DNA from: Solirubrobacterales bacterium
GTDB taxonomy: Bacteria > Actinomycetota > Thermoleophilia > Solirubrobacterales > JACPNS01
Direction of reading: 5' to 3'
DNA: 64,000 nt
Assembly (NCBI GenBank): GCA_049276635.1
Contig: JBASWU010000101.1
Coordinates: 6,414-70,413 of the forward strand
Made by a program: the position numbers and the translations under genes. This document shows, in pieces, positions 27,589-39,713 of the stretch. The notes beneath the pieces were generated by a model. The model had not been told where the DNA came from. It made no database searches and saw only the letters and a program-made list of their open reading frames with translations. Each line of letters begins with the position of its first letter. The first letter of the stretch is position 1.

Positions 27589-28715
27589 ATCCGGCCCAAA
27601 CCCAGACGACATTGCAGATGGCGCGTCCCGAAATCGGGCCGCGCGAGGAAGAGCTGGTGCTCGAGGTCCTGCGCAGCGGCGTTCTCTCGCTCGGCCCGAT
27701 GCTCGCTCGCTTTGAGGGCGGGTTCGCCTCGTGGCTGGGAGTCGATCATGTCTCGGCGGTTTCCAGCGGCACGGCCGGGCTTCACCTCGCCGTTCGCGCG
27801 TGCGAGATCGCGGCGGGCGACGAGGTGATCACCTCGCCACTGAGTTTCATCGCTTCGGCAAACGCGATCGTCTACGAGGGTGCGATCCCGGTCTTCGCCG
27901 ACATCGACCCGCGAACCCTGAACGTCGATCCCGCTAAAGCGGCCGTGGCCGTAACGCATCGCACCAGCGGTCTGCTGCCGGTTCACATCTTCGGATATCC
28001 GGCGGACATGCCGGCGCTCGAAGCGCTTGGCCGCAAACATGGTCTTTGGATCGTCGAGGACGCCTGCGAGGCGCTTGGCGCTTTGCATCCCGACGGTAAA
28101 GCCGTCGGCGCCCGCGGCCACTTCAGCGTGTACGGCTTTTACCCCAACAAGCAGTTGGCGACCGGCGAGGGTGGCATGGTCGTCTGTCCCTCGCACGAGT
28201 CAAAGCTGCGAATCGACAGCGAGCGCAATCAGGGCCGCGCGCCGGACATGGGCTGGCTTGATCACGAGCGTCTCGGATTCAACTACCGGCTTTCCGAGCT
28301 CGCCGCTGCGATCGGCGTCGCTCAACTCGAGAAACTCCACGACATGTTGGCGCGTCGGTCACGGGTGGCATCTTGGTACTCGGCGCGCATAGCCGACTTC
28401 GACGGCTTAACCCTGCCGTACCCGGACACCGGCGGTGATCGCCGCGGTTGGTTCGTGTACGTCGTTCAGCTCCCGGCCGGAATCGATCGTGACCAGGTGA
28501 TCGGGCGTCTCGCCGACGACGGGATCGCTAGCAAGCCGTACATGCCGGTCATTCACCTGCAGCCTTACTACCGCGGTCGTTTCGGGTATGCGCCGGGCGA
28601 TTTCCCGATCGCCGAGGATGTCGCCGCTCGCTCACTCGCGCTGCCCTTCTATCCGTCGATGACCGAGGCCGACGTCGATCGTGTGGTCGGCGCTCTGCGG
28701 CGGGTCCTCGGCTAG
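27585..28715 (+). CDS. DegT/DnrJ/EryC1/StrS-family PLP aminotransferase
   Basis: ARPEIGPREEELVLEVLRSGVLSLGP...SSGTAGLHLA...FYPNKQLATGEGGMV (PLP-Lys region). GTG at 27585 overlaps the cimA stop (GTGA). An alternative ATG is at 27618. Confidence 0.8.
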   Translation: MNPAQTQTTLQMARPEIGPREEELVLEVLRSGVLSLGPMLARFEGGFASWLGVDHVSAVSSGTAGLHLAVRACEIAAGDEVITSPLSFIASANAIVYEGAIPVFADIDPRTLNVDPAKAAVAVTHRTSGLLPVHIFGYPADMPALEALGRKHGLWIVEDACEALGALHPDGKAVGARGHFSVYGFYPNKQLATGEGGMVVCPSHESKLRIDSERNQGRAPDMGWLDHERLGFNYRLSELAAAIGVAQLEKLHDMLARRSRVASWYSARIADFDGLTLPYPDTGGDRRGWFVYVVQLPAGIDRDQVIGRLADDGIASKPYMPVIHLQPYYRGRFGYAPGDFPIAEDVAARSLALPFYPSMTEADVDRVVGALRRVLG

Positions 28716-28746
28716 GCGCCTGGGCGCAAACGTAGGATTACGACCA

Positions 28747-30110
<1,364 letters not shown>

Positions 30111-30114
<4 letters not shown>

Positions 30115-30704
30115 CCGGGGCGCGGTCCGAACCGCGCCTCACCGCCGCCTTCTACTCGCGACCGGTGGTTGACGTCGCGCGCGACTTGATCGGATGCCGC
30201 TTATTTCACGGCCGCGTCGGCGGGGTGATAGTGGAAACCGAGGCCTATCACGAGATCGAACCGGCGGCCCACTCCTACCGCGGGCCAACGCCGCGCGCCG
30301 AAGTTCTGTTTCGCGCCCCGGGCACCGCGTACGTCTATTTCGGCTACGGAGTTCACCACATGCTCAACGCGGTCTGCGAGGCCGAGGGGGTGGGCGCCGC
30401 GGTGCTGATTCGCGCCCTGGCGCCGACCGATGGACTGGACCTGATGCGTGAGCGTCGCCGGCTCGACCGCCCGGCCGGTCTCTGTTCCGGCCCGGGAAAG
30501 CTCACCGAGGCGCTGGCGGTCGGACTCGACCTAAACGGATCGTCACTTTTATCCGGTCCGGTCGCAATCTTCGACCGTGCCGAGCCGATCGCCGAGGCGG
30601 CGATCGCACGGAGCGGGCGGATAGGCATCACCAAAGCGACCGAATTGCCGTGGCGGTTTTATCTGCGCGGTGACCGCAATGTCTCGCGGTCACCGCGGTC
30701 GTGA
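30111..30704 (+). CDS. mpg: DNA-3-methyladenine glycosylase (MPG/AAG family)
   Basis: FYSRPVVDVARDLIG..L......GVIVETEAYHEIEPAAHSYRGPTPR..VLF...GTAYVYF.YG.HHMLN. ATGA overlap with argH. Confidence 0.85.
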
Positions 30705-30774
30705 GGCGGTCGGTGACGGTCCAGTGCCGGCACGCGACGCCACCCATGTGCTTCATGGTCGTGCAGTTAATTTT

Positions 30775-33000
30775 TTAGCCCGGCGCGACTCCACCGCCGG
30801 TCGCCGGTGGGTCCGGCGTCTGTTGCGGCGGCGGTTCGGGTTCCGGTGCCGGTGGGGGCGGCTTTTCGTCGCGCGGATTGCGCCGTCTGTCACCGGTGGC
30901 GTCGCTGCTTCCGTCTCCGCCGCCTCCGCCGCCGCCGTCTCCGCCTCTCTCTCCACCGTCGCCGGTAGGGCCGGCCGGGACCGCCCCGGGGGTAGTGATC
31001 GGCGGCGTGATATCGCCGGTTGCCCCCTTCTTCTTGCGGTCGGCCGCGTGTTGTTTCTGAATCTGGATCGCCGCGAGCATGAAGGTTCTGAAGATCCCGG
31101 CCGGGTAGGTTCCACCGGCCACCGGCTGTCCTCCGTACTCCGTCAGCATCGGCTTGATGCCGTCGGGATAGCCGACCCAGATCGCGACCGTCAGCTCGTC
31201 GTTAAACCCGACAAACCAGGCGTCGCCGTAGTTTTCGGTTGTCCCGGTCTTACCCGCGGCGAACGTGCCGAGCGCGGCGCGCTTTCCGGTTCCGCTCGCG
31301 ACGACCGACTGCAGCGCCACTCGCGCCTGCCTGCCGACGCCCTCGCGATAGACCCGCTCCATCCGCGTGCGATCGCGCTGTTTGCGGAAGATCGCGCCGT
31401 TCTGAATGACTTTGTCGATCGCCACCGGGCTGTTTTTGTCCGGGGCCATCGAGCCGACCGGCTTGCGCCCGTTGTTGGCAATCGTCGTATAGGAGAAGGC
31501 CATCTCAAGCGGTGTGACACCGAGGCGCAGGCCGCCGAGGATCATCGCGGTGTTCGTGTTGACGGCGGTGCTGATCCCCATCTTCTTGGCGAGACGCGCG
31601 ATCCGTCTGGTGCCGACGTCCCATCCGAGGCGCACATAGGCCGTGTTATCCGACGTGGTCGTCGCCCCCAGCAGACTGATCGACCCGGCATAAGAGTCCT
31701 CGTAGTTCTCGATCAGAACACCCTTGGCCGGATCTTCGATCTTTGCCGAGCGCAGCGTTGAGCCAAGGCGATAACCCTTCTGCAGCCCGGCAATCAGCGT
31801 AAACGGTTTGAACGCCGATCCCGGCTGCCGGTGACCCTGCGTCGCGAGATTGAATGGCTTGCGGTCGTAGTCAGAACCGCCGACCAATGCGCGGATCTTG
31901 CCGCTCTTGTTTTCGATCGCCACGAGCGAGGCGGTCGGCCCGCCGAATGGAAGCGTCCCGGAGATCGCTCTCTCGGCGGCCCGCTGGATGTCGAGGTCGA
32001 GTGTCGTGTGAATCTTCAGGCCCCCACCGAACGTCGCGCCCGCGTCGTAGCGGTCCACCAACTGCTGTCGCACCCAGGTGGAAAAGTACGGGGCCTCTGA
32101 CTCCTCGCGCGGGCGCTCAATCTCGGCCTCCGACGGCACGGCCTGGAGCTTGCCCTTCTCGAGAATTCGCTTCGTGATGTAGCCGGCCGCGTACATCTTG
32201 TCGAGGATCAGATTGCGACGTTGCGTCGCCCGGCCCGGAAAGACCGCCGGATCGTAGATTCCCGGCGAGGCAATGATGCCGGCCAACAGCGCCGCCTCCC
32301 AGGGCAGAAGTTGCTCGGCACAGCGCGGCGCGCAACCGGGGTGAGCCTCCTTGCCAAAATAGGTCTCGGCGGCGGCTTCGATTCCGTACGCGCCGTTGCC
32401 GAAGTAGATTGCGTTGAGATACTCGGTGAGGATTTTGTCCTTCGTCCACTTGTTTTCGAGGTGGTACGCCAGCGCCGACTCGCGCAGCTTCTGCATCACG
32501 GTTCGATTGTTGGCGGCGGCCGTTGCGTTTTTGACGAATTGCTGTGTGATCGTCGAGGCGCCCTGCAGAGCGCCGCCGGCACCGATGTCGGCGACGATCG
32601 CGCGCGCGATTCCGCGAAAGTCGACGCCGCGGTGATCATAAAAGCGCCGGTCCTCGATCGCGACGACGGCCTGCTTCATCACCGGCGCGATACTGGTGCT
32701 CGGAATGATAATTCGGTTTTCGTTGTTGCGAAGCCGGGTGATCTCGCGCCCAAGCGCGTCGTACATGATCGACGCCTTGGCGACGCGGTACTGCTCCTTG
32801 TCCTCGAGCTTGGGCAGTTCGCTGGCCACGGCCATCATCATCCCGAAGATCGTCGAGACGCCGGCGAGTACCACGAGACCGGTTGCGATCAAGAGGATGC
32901 GCAGCTTCTTGATCCGCGGACCGATCCCCTTGGGGCGAGCGCGTCGGCGCGTGCGCGGACGGGCCGTCTTGTCGGCTGTCGAATCGGGTCCTTGAGACAT
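30775..33000 (-). CDS. Class A penicillin-binding protein (bifunctional glycosyltransferase/transpeptidase)
   Basis: N-terminal TM helix. GT51 motifs (AVVAIEDRRFYDHRGVD, GASTITQQ, RKL.E). Transpeptidase motifs (SAFKPF, SDN, KTGTT). Gly/Pro-rich C-terminal tail. Confidence 0.9.
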   Translation of the reverse strand: MSQGPDSTADKTARPRTRRRARPKGIGPRIKKLRILLIATGLVVLAGVSTIFGMMMAVASELPKLEDKEQYRVAKASIMYDALGREITRLRNNENRIIIPSTSIAPVMKQAVVAIEDRRFYDHRGVDFRGIARAIVADIGAGGALQGASTITQQFVKNATAAANNRTVMQKLRESALAYHLENKWTKDKILTEYLNAIYFGNGAYGIEAAAETYFGKEAHPGCAPRCAEQLLPWEAALLAGIIASPGIYDPAVFPGRATQRRNLILDKMYAAGYITKRILEKGKLQAVPSEAEIERPREESEAPYFSTWVRQQLVDRYDAGATFGGGLKIHTTLDLDIQRAAERAISGTLPFGGPTASLVAIENKSGKIRALVGGSDYDRKPFNLATQGHRQPGSAFKPFTLIAGLQKGYRLGSTLRSAKIEDPAKGVLIENYEDSYAGSISLLGATTTSDNTAYVRLGWDVGTRRIARLAKKMGISTAVNTNTAMILGGLRLGVTPLEMAFSYTTIANNGRKPVGSMAPDKNSPVAIDKVIQNGAIFRKQRDRTRMERVYREGVGRQARVALQSVVASGTGKRAALGTFAAGKTGTTENYGDAWFVGFNDELTVAIWVGYPDGIKPMLTEYGGQPVAGGTYPAGIFRTFMLAAIQIQKQHAADRKKKGATGDITPPITTPGAVPAGPTGDGGERGGDGGGGGGGDGSSDATGDRRRNPRDEKPPPPAPEPEPPPQQTPDPPATGGGVAPG

Positions 33001-33159
33001 ACACAGGTCGAATCAGCCGCGGCCGAAACGGGCAAATCGGCGAGCGCGACGGCGATCGGCGCGGCTGTTGGGCGCGCCGCGCCGCCGGCCAGTCTAACAA
33101 CGCGCCGGCCTGCTCCAATCGGTACGGGCGGCGGTCTTCGCGCAAGTTAGTATCGCGTC

Positions 33160-34335
33160 GTGGCCACGCCCGCGAACATCTCTAAACAGCTTGCGCGCAA
33201 CGCCGTCGACGTGCTTCCGGCCGGTGCGCTACAGAAATCACTCGCGGCGTCGGCCGAGTCTGGGCGTCCGCTCCGCGTAAAGCTGGGCATAGATCCCACC
33301 GCCCCTGATATTCACCTCGGCCACACCGTCGTTCTCTCCAAACTACGCGAGTTCCAGGATGCCGGGCACACGGTGGTGTTGATTATCGGCGACTACACGG
33401 CTCGCGTCGGCGATCCGTCCGGCCGTTCCAAGACTCGGCCCGAACTCTCCGCGGAGGAAATCGACGCCAATGCCGCGACCTTCCAGGAGCAGGCCTTCAA
33501 GGTGCTCGACGCCGATCGCGTCGAGGTCCGGCGCAACAGCGAGTGGCTCGACATGGCGATGACCGACCTCTTCGCCTTGATGCGCATTCCGACCGTCGCC
33601 CAGCTGCTCGAGCGTGACGACTTCTCCCGGCGCTACGCCGAAAACACGCCGATCGCCCTGCTGGAGCTTCTTTACCCGCTGCTACAGGCATACGATTCGG
33701 TCGCGATCAGATCAGACATCGAGATCGGCGGCACCGATCAAAAGTTCAACCTCCTGCTCGGCCGCGACCTCCAGCAATCATTCGGGCAAAAGCCCCAGGT
33801 GGTGCTGACGATGCCGATCCTTCCCGGCGTCGACGGCACCCGCCGCATGGGCAAGTCGCTGGGCAATCACATCGGCGTCACCGAGCCGCCCGAGGAGATC
33901 TTCGGCAAGGTCATGAGCATCCCCGATGCGGTGATGCCGCTCTACTACGACCTCCTGCTAGGCGGTAACGCCGCCTCCGACCAGCCGCCGGTGGAACAAA
34001 AGCGCGCTCTCGCACGCGCCTTGGTCGGTCGTTTCCACGATCAGGCGGCAGCAAACCGCGCCGAGGAGCATTTTGACCGCCTGTTCAAGCGACACGCGCC
34101 GCCGGACGAGATCGAGGACTTCACGCTCGAGCTACAGGCCGAGAACGTTCACATCCCGGCGCTGATCGCCGCCGCCTTCGGGCTTTCGCGCAGCGAAGCC
34201 CGGCGCCTGATCGAGCAGGGCGGCGTAAGTCTCGACGGCGAGCCGGTCTCCGCCGGTGTCGATCTCCGGTCGTCGGACCTCGACGGCAAGGTTCTAAAGG
34301 TTGGAAAGCGACGTTTCAAGCGGATTCGCGCCTAA
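33160..34335 (+). CDS. tyrS: Tyrosine--tRNA ligase
   Basis: HLGH (HIGH) motif, KMGKSLGN (KMSKS) and a C-terminal S4 domain. GTG start. TAGTAT at 33148-33153 lies just upstream, so the mRNA may be leaderless. Confidence 0.95.
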   Translation: MATPANISKQLARNAVDVLPAGALQKSLAASAESGRPLRVKLGIDPTAPDIHLGHTVVLSKLREFQDAGHTVVLIIGDYTARVGDPSGRSKTRPELSAEEIDANAATFQEQAFKVLDADRVEVRRNSEWLDMAMTDLFALMRIPTVAQLLERDDFSRRYAENTPIALLELLYPLLQAYDSVAIRSDIEIGGTDQKFNLLLGRDLQQSFGQKPQVVLTMPILPGVDGTRRMGKSLGNHIGVTEPPEEIFGKVMSIPDAVMPLYYDLLLGGNAASDQPPVEQKRALARALVGRFHDQAAANRAEEHFDRLFKRHAPPDEIEDFTLELQAENVHIPALIAAAFGLSRSEARRLIEQGGVSLDGEPVSAGVDLRSSDLDGKVLKVGKRRFKRIRA

Positions 34336-34890
34336 AGCGCCAGCGGTGGCGCAACGGGTGTCGCGCCCGATTCGAGGGCGCGGCAGGTCGCGCTCACAAC
34401 CGCTATACTGCGCAAGCCGGAATCGGGCCACCTGTGAGCCATTGTCGTTTGAATGATTCCTCGGTACCTCGGAGTTCTCGACTCTCGTAAGTCTTCCAAG
34501 ACTTGCGCAGCAGGTTGGGCCTCTCCAAGCTGTCGAGGGGGCTCTTCTTTTGGTCGGAATCGATTCCAGGCGCACCGAGCGTGCGCCACGGTCCTTGAAA
34601 ACTCAACAGCGTGAATGATTATCGGTCCACACCGATAGTCAGTCCAGATTTGTCTATTTCGCGACAACCTAAGCCGGATGTCGCGAATAGAGCTAAAGAA
34701 TCACACACCACTGTGCGCTCAAGTCAGACGCACGGGGGTGGCTTGGGTTCGCCGGCTCGTCCGGTGGATTGCCAAGCAGCTTTCAGGCCTTTTGGGGCTT
34801 GGAAGTCCCGTCATGTTCGGAGGCAACGGTGTACTACCGCCTCCAACTGTTCATGACAACTCTCTGACACGAGTGGCCGCTAGGCCGCTC

Positions 34891-36435
<1,545 letters not shown>

Positions 36436-38740
36436 GGGAGACCCTCGGTCCATTCGGACCATAACTACGAGGGCATGGCCAGGCCGACCACTCGTCGCCC
36501 TGGCTTCCTGAATGTCGACTGAATCTGTTCGCGTTGCCAGGCCTTCGGGCCGGAGCACGCATCACGCTGTTGAGTTTTGAGGGACCACTCGACGGTGGCT
36601 TCTCAGCTGCCGGCGAGCGCGTCGCTTGCGGACCTTGAAAACTGCACAGGCCAAGCAATTTATAACGAAAGCGGAAAATTGAACCGAGCAACATCGGTCC
36701 TCGGACCAGTGTTGTTCAGTGTTTTGATCACCGTCAAGATATGAAGGGCATACGGTGGATGCCTTGGCATCTGAAGCCGATGAAGGACGTGGACGGCTGC
36801 GATAAGCCGCGACGAGGCGCTGAACAGCCTTTGACTCGCGGATCTCCGAATGGGTAAACCCAACACCTTTAATCGGGTGTTTGCGTGCACTGAATACATA
36901 GGTGTCACGTAGGTAAGCGAGGGAACTGACACATCTCAGTACCTCGAGGAAAGTAAATCAACCGAGACTCCCTTAGTAGCGGCGAGCGAAAAGGGACCAG
37001 CCTAAACCCGTTGCGTGCAAGCAATCACGCGTTGCGCAGCGGGGGTCGTAGGACACTCATCCCGGTAGTGATTTGCCGGGCGTAAGTTACAAAGCTGCAG
37101 TTAGTGGAAGCTGTTGGAATCCAGCGCCATAGCGGGTGATAGCCCTGTACGCGAAAACTGGCAGCCTTACGCGAGTTGTTCCTGAGTAGGACCGTACACG
37201 TGAAATGCGGTCTGAACCTGGGGGGACCACCCTCCAAGGCTAAGTACTTCCAGATGACCGATAGCGGACTAGTACCGTGAGGGAAAGGTGAAAAGTCCCC
37301 CAGACGGGGAGTGAAATAGTACCTGAAACCGTGTGCCTACAAGCGGTCGGAGCCCCACAGGGGGTGACGGCGTGCTTTTTGCATAACGAGCCGGCGAGTT
37401 ACTCGTCATTGGCAAGGTTAAGTGATGAACGGAGCCGCAGCGAAAGCGAGTCCGAATAGGGCGACTTAGTCAATGGCGGTAGACCCGAAACCGGGCGAGC
37501 TACCCATGGCCAGGCTGAAGCGAGGGTAAGACCTCGTGGAGGGCCGAACCCACCTAGGTTGAAAACTGGGGGGATGAGCTGTGGGTTGGAGTGAAAGGCT
37601 AAACAAGCCCGGAGATATCTGGTTCTCTCCGAAATATATTTAGGTATAGCCTCGGAAAATTGCGTGATGGCCGTAGAGCACTGTTTGGACTAGGGGTCTT
37701 ACCGGATTACCGACTTCAGGCAAACTCCGAAGACCATCACGTTTATTCCGGGAGTCAGTTGCTGGGGGATAAACTTCAGCGTCGAAAGGGAAACAGCCCA
37801 GACCGCCGTCTAAGGTCCCTAAATCATGGTTAAGTGGAAAACGATGTCTGAGTGCACAGACAGCCAGGAGGTTGGCTTAGAGGCAGCCACCCTTTAAAGA
37901 GTGCGTAACAGCTCACTGGTCAAGTGTTCAGGCGCGGATAATTCAACGGGGCTAAAACCATGTACCGAAGACGCGGGTGTGATTGATTTCGATCATTCAC
38001 GCGGTAGGAGAGCGTTCTCAAGCCTTTGAAGCGGCAGGGAAACCTAGTCGTGGAGGCTTGTGAAGTGAGAATGCCGGCATAAGTAACGAAAGGAGGGTGA
38101 GAATCCCTCCCACCGATTGTCCAAGGGTTCCTGAGTAAAGCTCGTCTTCTCAGGGTTAGTCTGGACCTAAGGCGAGGCCGAAAGGCGTAGTCGATGGATA
38201 ACAGGTTGATATTCCTGTACCGCGTCGCAACCGTTTGACCGACGGGGGGACGAGGAAGGCTAGGAGATCCCAGGCGATGGTTGTCCTGGGGTAAGCATGT
38301 AGGGGCGGCACCAGGGAAATCCGGCGCCGCTTAACCCGAGGTGCGATGCCAGCTGGCTCTATAGCCGGCGAGTCTCTGACGCCATGCCTCCAAGAAAATC
38401 CTCTAGGGAGGTCGCACGCGCCAGTACCAAAACCGACACAGGTGGACAAGTAGAAAATACTAAGGTGATCGAGATAACCATCGTTAAGGAACTCGGCAAA
38501 ATCGTCCCGTAACTTCGGGAGAAGGGACGCCCTATTAAGGTGAAACCGTTTACCGGTGGAGCCCGAGGGGGCCGCAGTGAATTGGCCCAACCGACTGTTT
38601 ACCAAAAACACAGCTCTCTGCTAAGCCGCAAGGCGACGTATAGGGGGTGACTCCTGCCCGGTGCTGGAAGGTTACGAGGAGGTGTTAGCGCTTGCGCGAA
38701 GCACTGAATCTAAGCCCCAGTAAACGGCGGCCGTAACTAT

Positions 38741-39283
38741 TGACCACGGTAGTTATAAAACCTGGCTATATGCTGGAACGCCTGTCCTTCAAAAGGTGCT
38801 CCGAGGGTTCGAACGCGAACTCGACGAGGTAAAGGATCTCGCACTACTCGTACGGTCGGTCGAACATCTGTTCGTCCGAAGACAACCGTAAAGTGACAAC
38901 GTGCCGAGTGCAGAAAATCAGCAGGAAAGGCTCTTCATCCGATCGGCAGTCCCGATCGCACGGGGGTACTTTCTGTCAGGTTTCGCGATGAGAGAAGCCG
39001 GCTTCATGACCGTGTGTCGTCCTCGAGGCGATTACGGCGGAAGGTGGAAGCTCTCAGCGAAACCGACTTTGTCACGGTTGTTGACCTTCGCGAGAAGATG
39101 AACAACGGCGACAAGCGAAAGTGCTCTCGGGAGAGAATCCTCAGAGACTATACGCCAGGCTCCGCGGCGCGAAACGCGCCGACGCGAGATGAGATAGTCC
39201 GGTCTCATGGGCGACCATGAGAGTCGAACAGAAATGATTCGACCGCCTGATTCGCATCCGCGCGTCAGGCAGTAACAACAACG
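38741..39283 (+). mobile_element. Group I intron 1 (543 nt, no ORF) after E. coli 23S position U1917 (helix 69 loop)
   Basis: 5' exon ends ...GGCCGUAACUAU and the intron ends ...AACAACG, followed by AACGGUCC. P1: exon UAACUAU pairs with intron GUAGUUA (38749-38755) with a U.G wobble at the splice site. P3 CUGGC (38762) pairs with GCCAG (39154). P element UAUAUGCUGGAA (38767), Q AAUCAGCAGG (38916), R UCAGAGACUAUACGCCAG (39141), S GAGAUAGUCC (39191). Confidence 0.8.
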
Positions 39284-39297
39284 AACGGTCCTAAGGT
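39284..39297 (+). other. 14-nt 23S rRNA micro-exon (E. coli A1918-U1931: AACGGUCCUAAGGU)
   Basis: This is the only copy of this universally conserved H69/H71 segment in the gene. It sits between the two intron-like insertions. Confidence 0.8.
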
Positions 39298-39671
39298 AAT
39301 CAACACGGTTGCCCCTCATCCTGGTGACAGGATGAGTGGAGCTGGCTATATGCTGGAAACTCTGAGTATCCCGCGGTACTCGTTCGCTAGACCTCGGTCC
39401 GGCGAGCAGTGAAAATCCGACGGGTGCAGACAATCAGCAGGAAAGGCTTCAGGCAAGGTATTTGGCGCCTGAAGAATCCTCAGAGACTGTACGCCAGCCA
39501 CCTTTGCGCGCACCGATGGTGCGGGCGGAAGGCGAAGATACAGTCCGTTCTGCGCGGCGACGCGTAGAGGTCGACAGAGATGATCGGCCCGCCTGGATGC
39601 TGGATGAATTGATCCGGCGACCAGGTCCAAACCGCAGGCAGTTCAAAGGAACTGCGGTTAGTAACAGCTAG
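39298..39671 (+). mobile_element. Group I intron 2 (374 nt, no ORF) after E. coli 23S position U1931
   Basis: 5' exon ends ...CCUAAGGU and the intron ends ...CAGCUAG, followed by AGCGAAAUUCC. P2-like hairpin CUCAUCCUG-GUGA-CAGGAUGAG (39315-39336, GNRA loop). P3 CUGGC (39342) pairs with GCCAG (39493). P UAUAUGCUGGAA, Q AAUCAGCAGG (39432), R UCAGAGACUGUACGCCAG (39480), S GAAGAUACAGUCC (39534). I could not draw a convincing P1/IGS by eye. Confidence 0.75.

Positions 39672-39713
<42 letters not shown>

Noticed and set aside
36733-37340. About 90 extra nucleotides in 23S domain I relative to E. coli, as a possible third insertion or IVS
   Set aside because: The extra sequence (...gtcgtaggacactc...gttacaaag...) corresponds to a helix present in most Gram-positive 23S rRNAs that is shortened in E. 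coli. It is not an insertion.
38800-38820. GGTTCGAAC T-loop-like motif, suggesting a tRNA
   Set aside because: No acceptor, D or anticodon arms can be drawn around it, and it sits inside the group I intron. No tRNA genes were found in either rRNA spacer.
38901-39220. Two small ORFs (66 and 68 aa) inside intron 1 as possible homing endonucleases
   Set aside because: They are too short and show no LAGLIDADG, GIY-YIG, HNH or His-Cys box motif. I treat them as non-coding or at best as decayed remnants.
38741-39671. Alternative reading of the 23S insertions as RNase III-processed intervening sequences (a fragmented 23S)
   Set aside because: IVSs are simple extended hairpins replacing helix tips such as H25 or H45. 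These insertions instead have group I P/Q/R/S cores, U/G splice-site rules and sit at classic intron sites 1917 and 1931.
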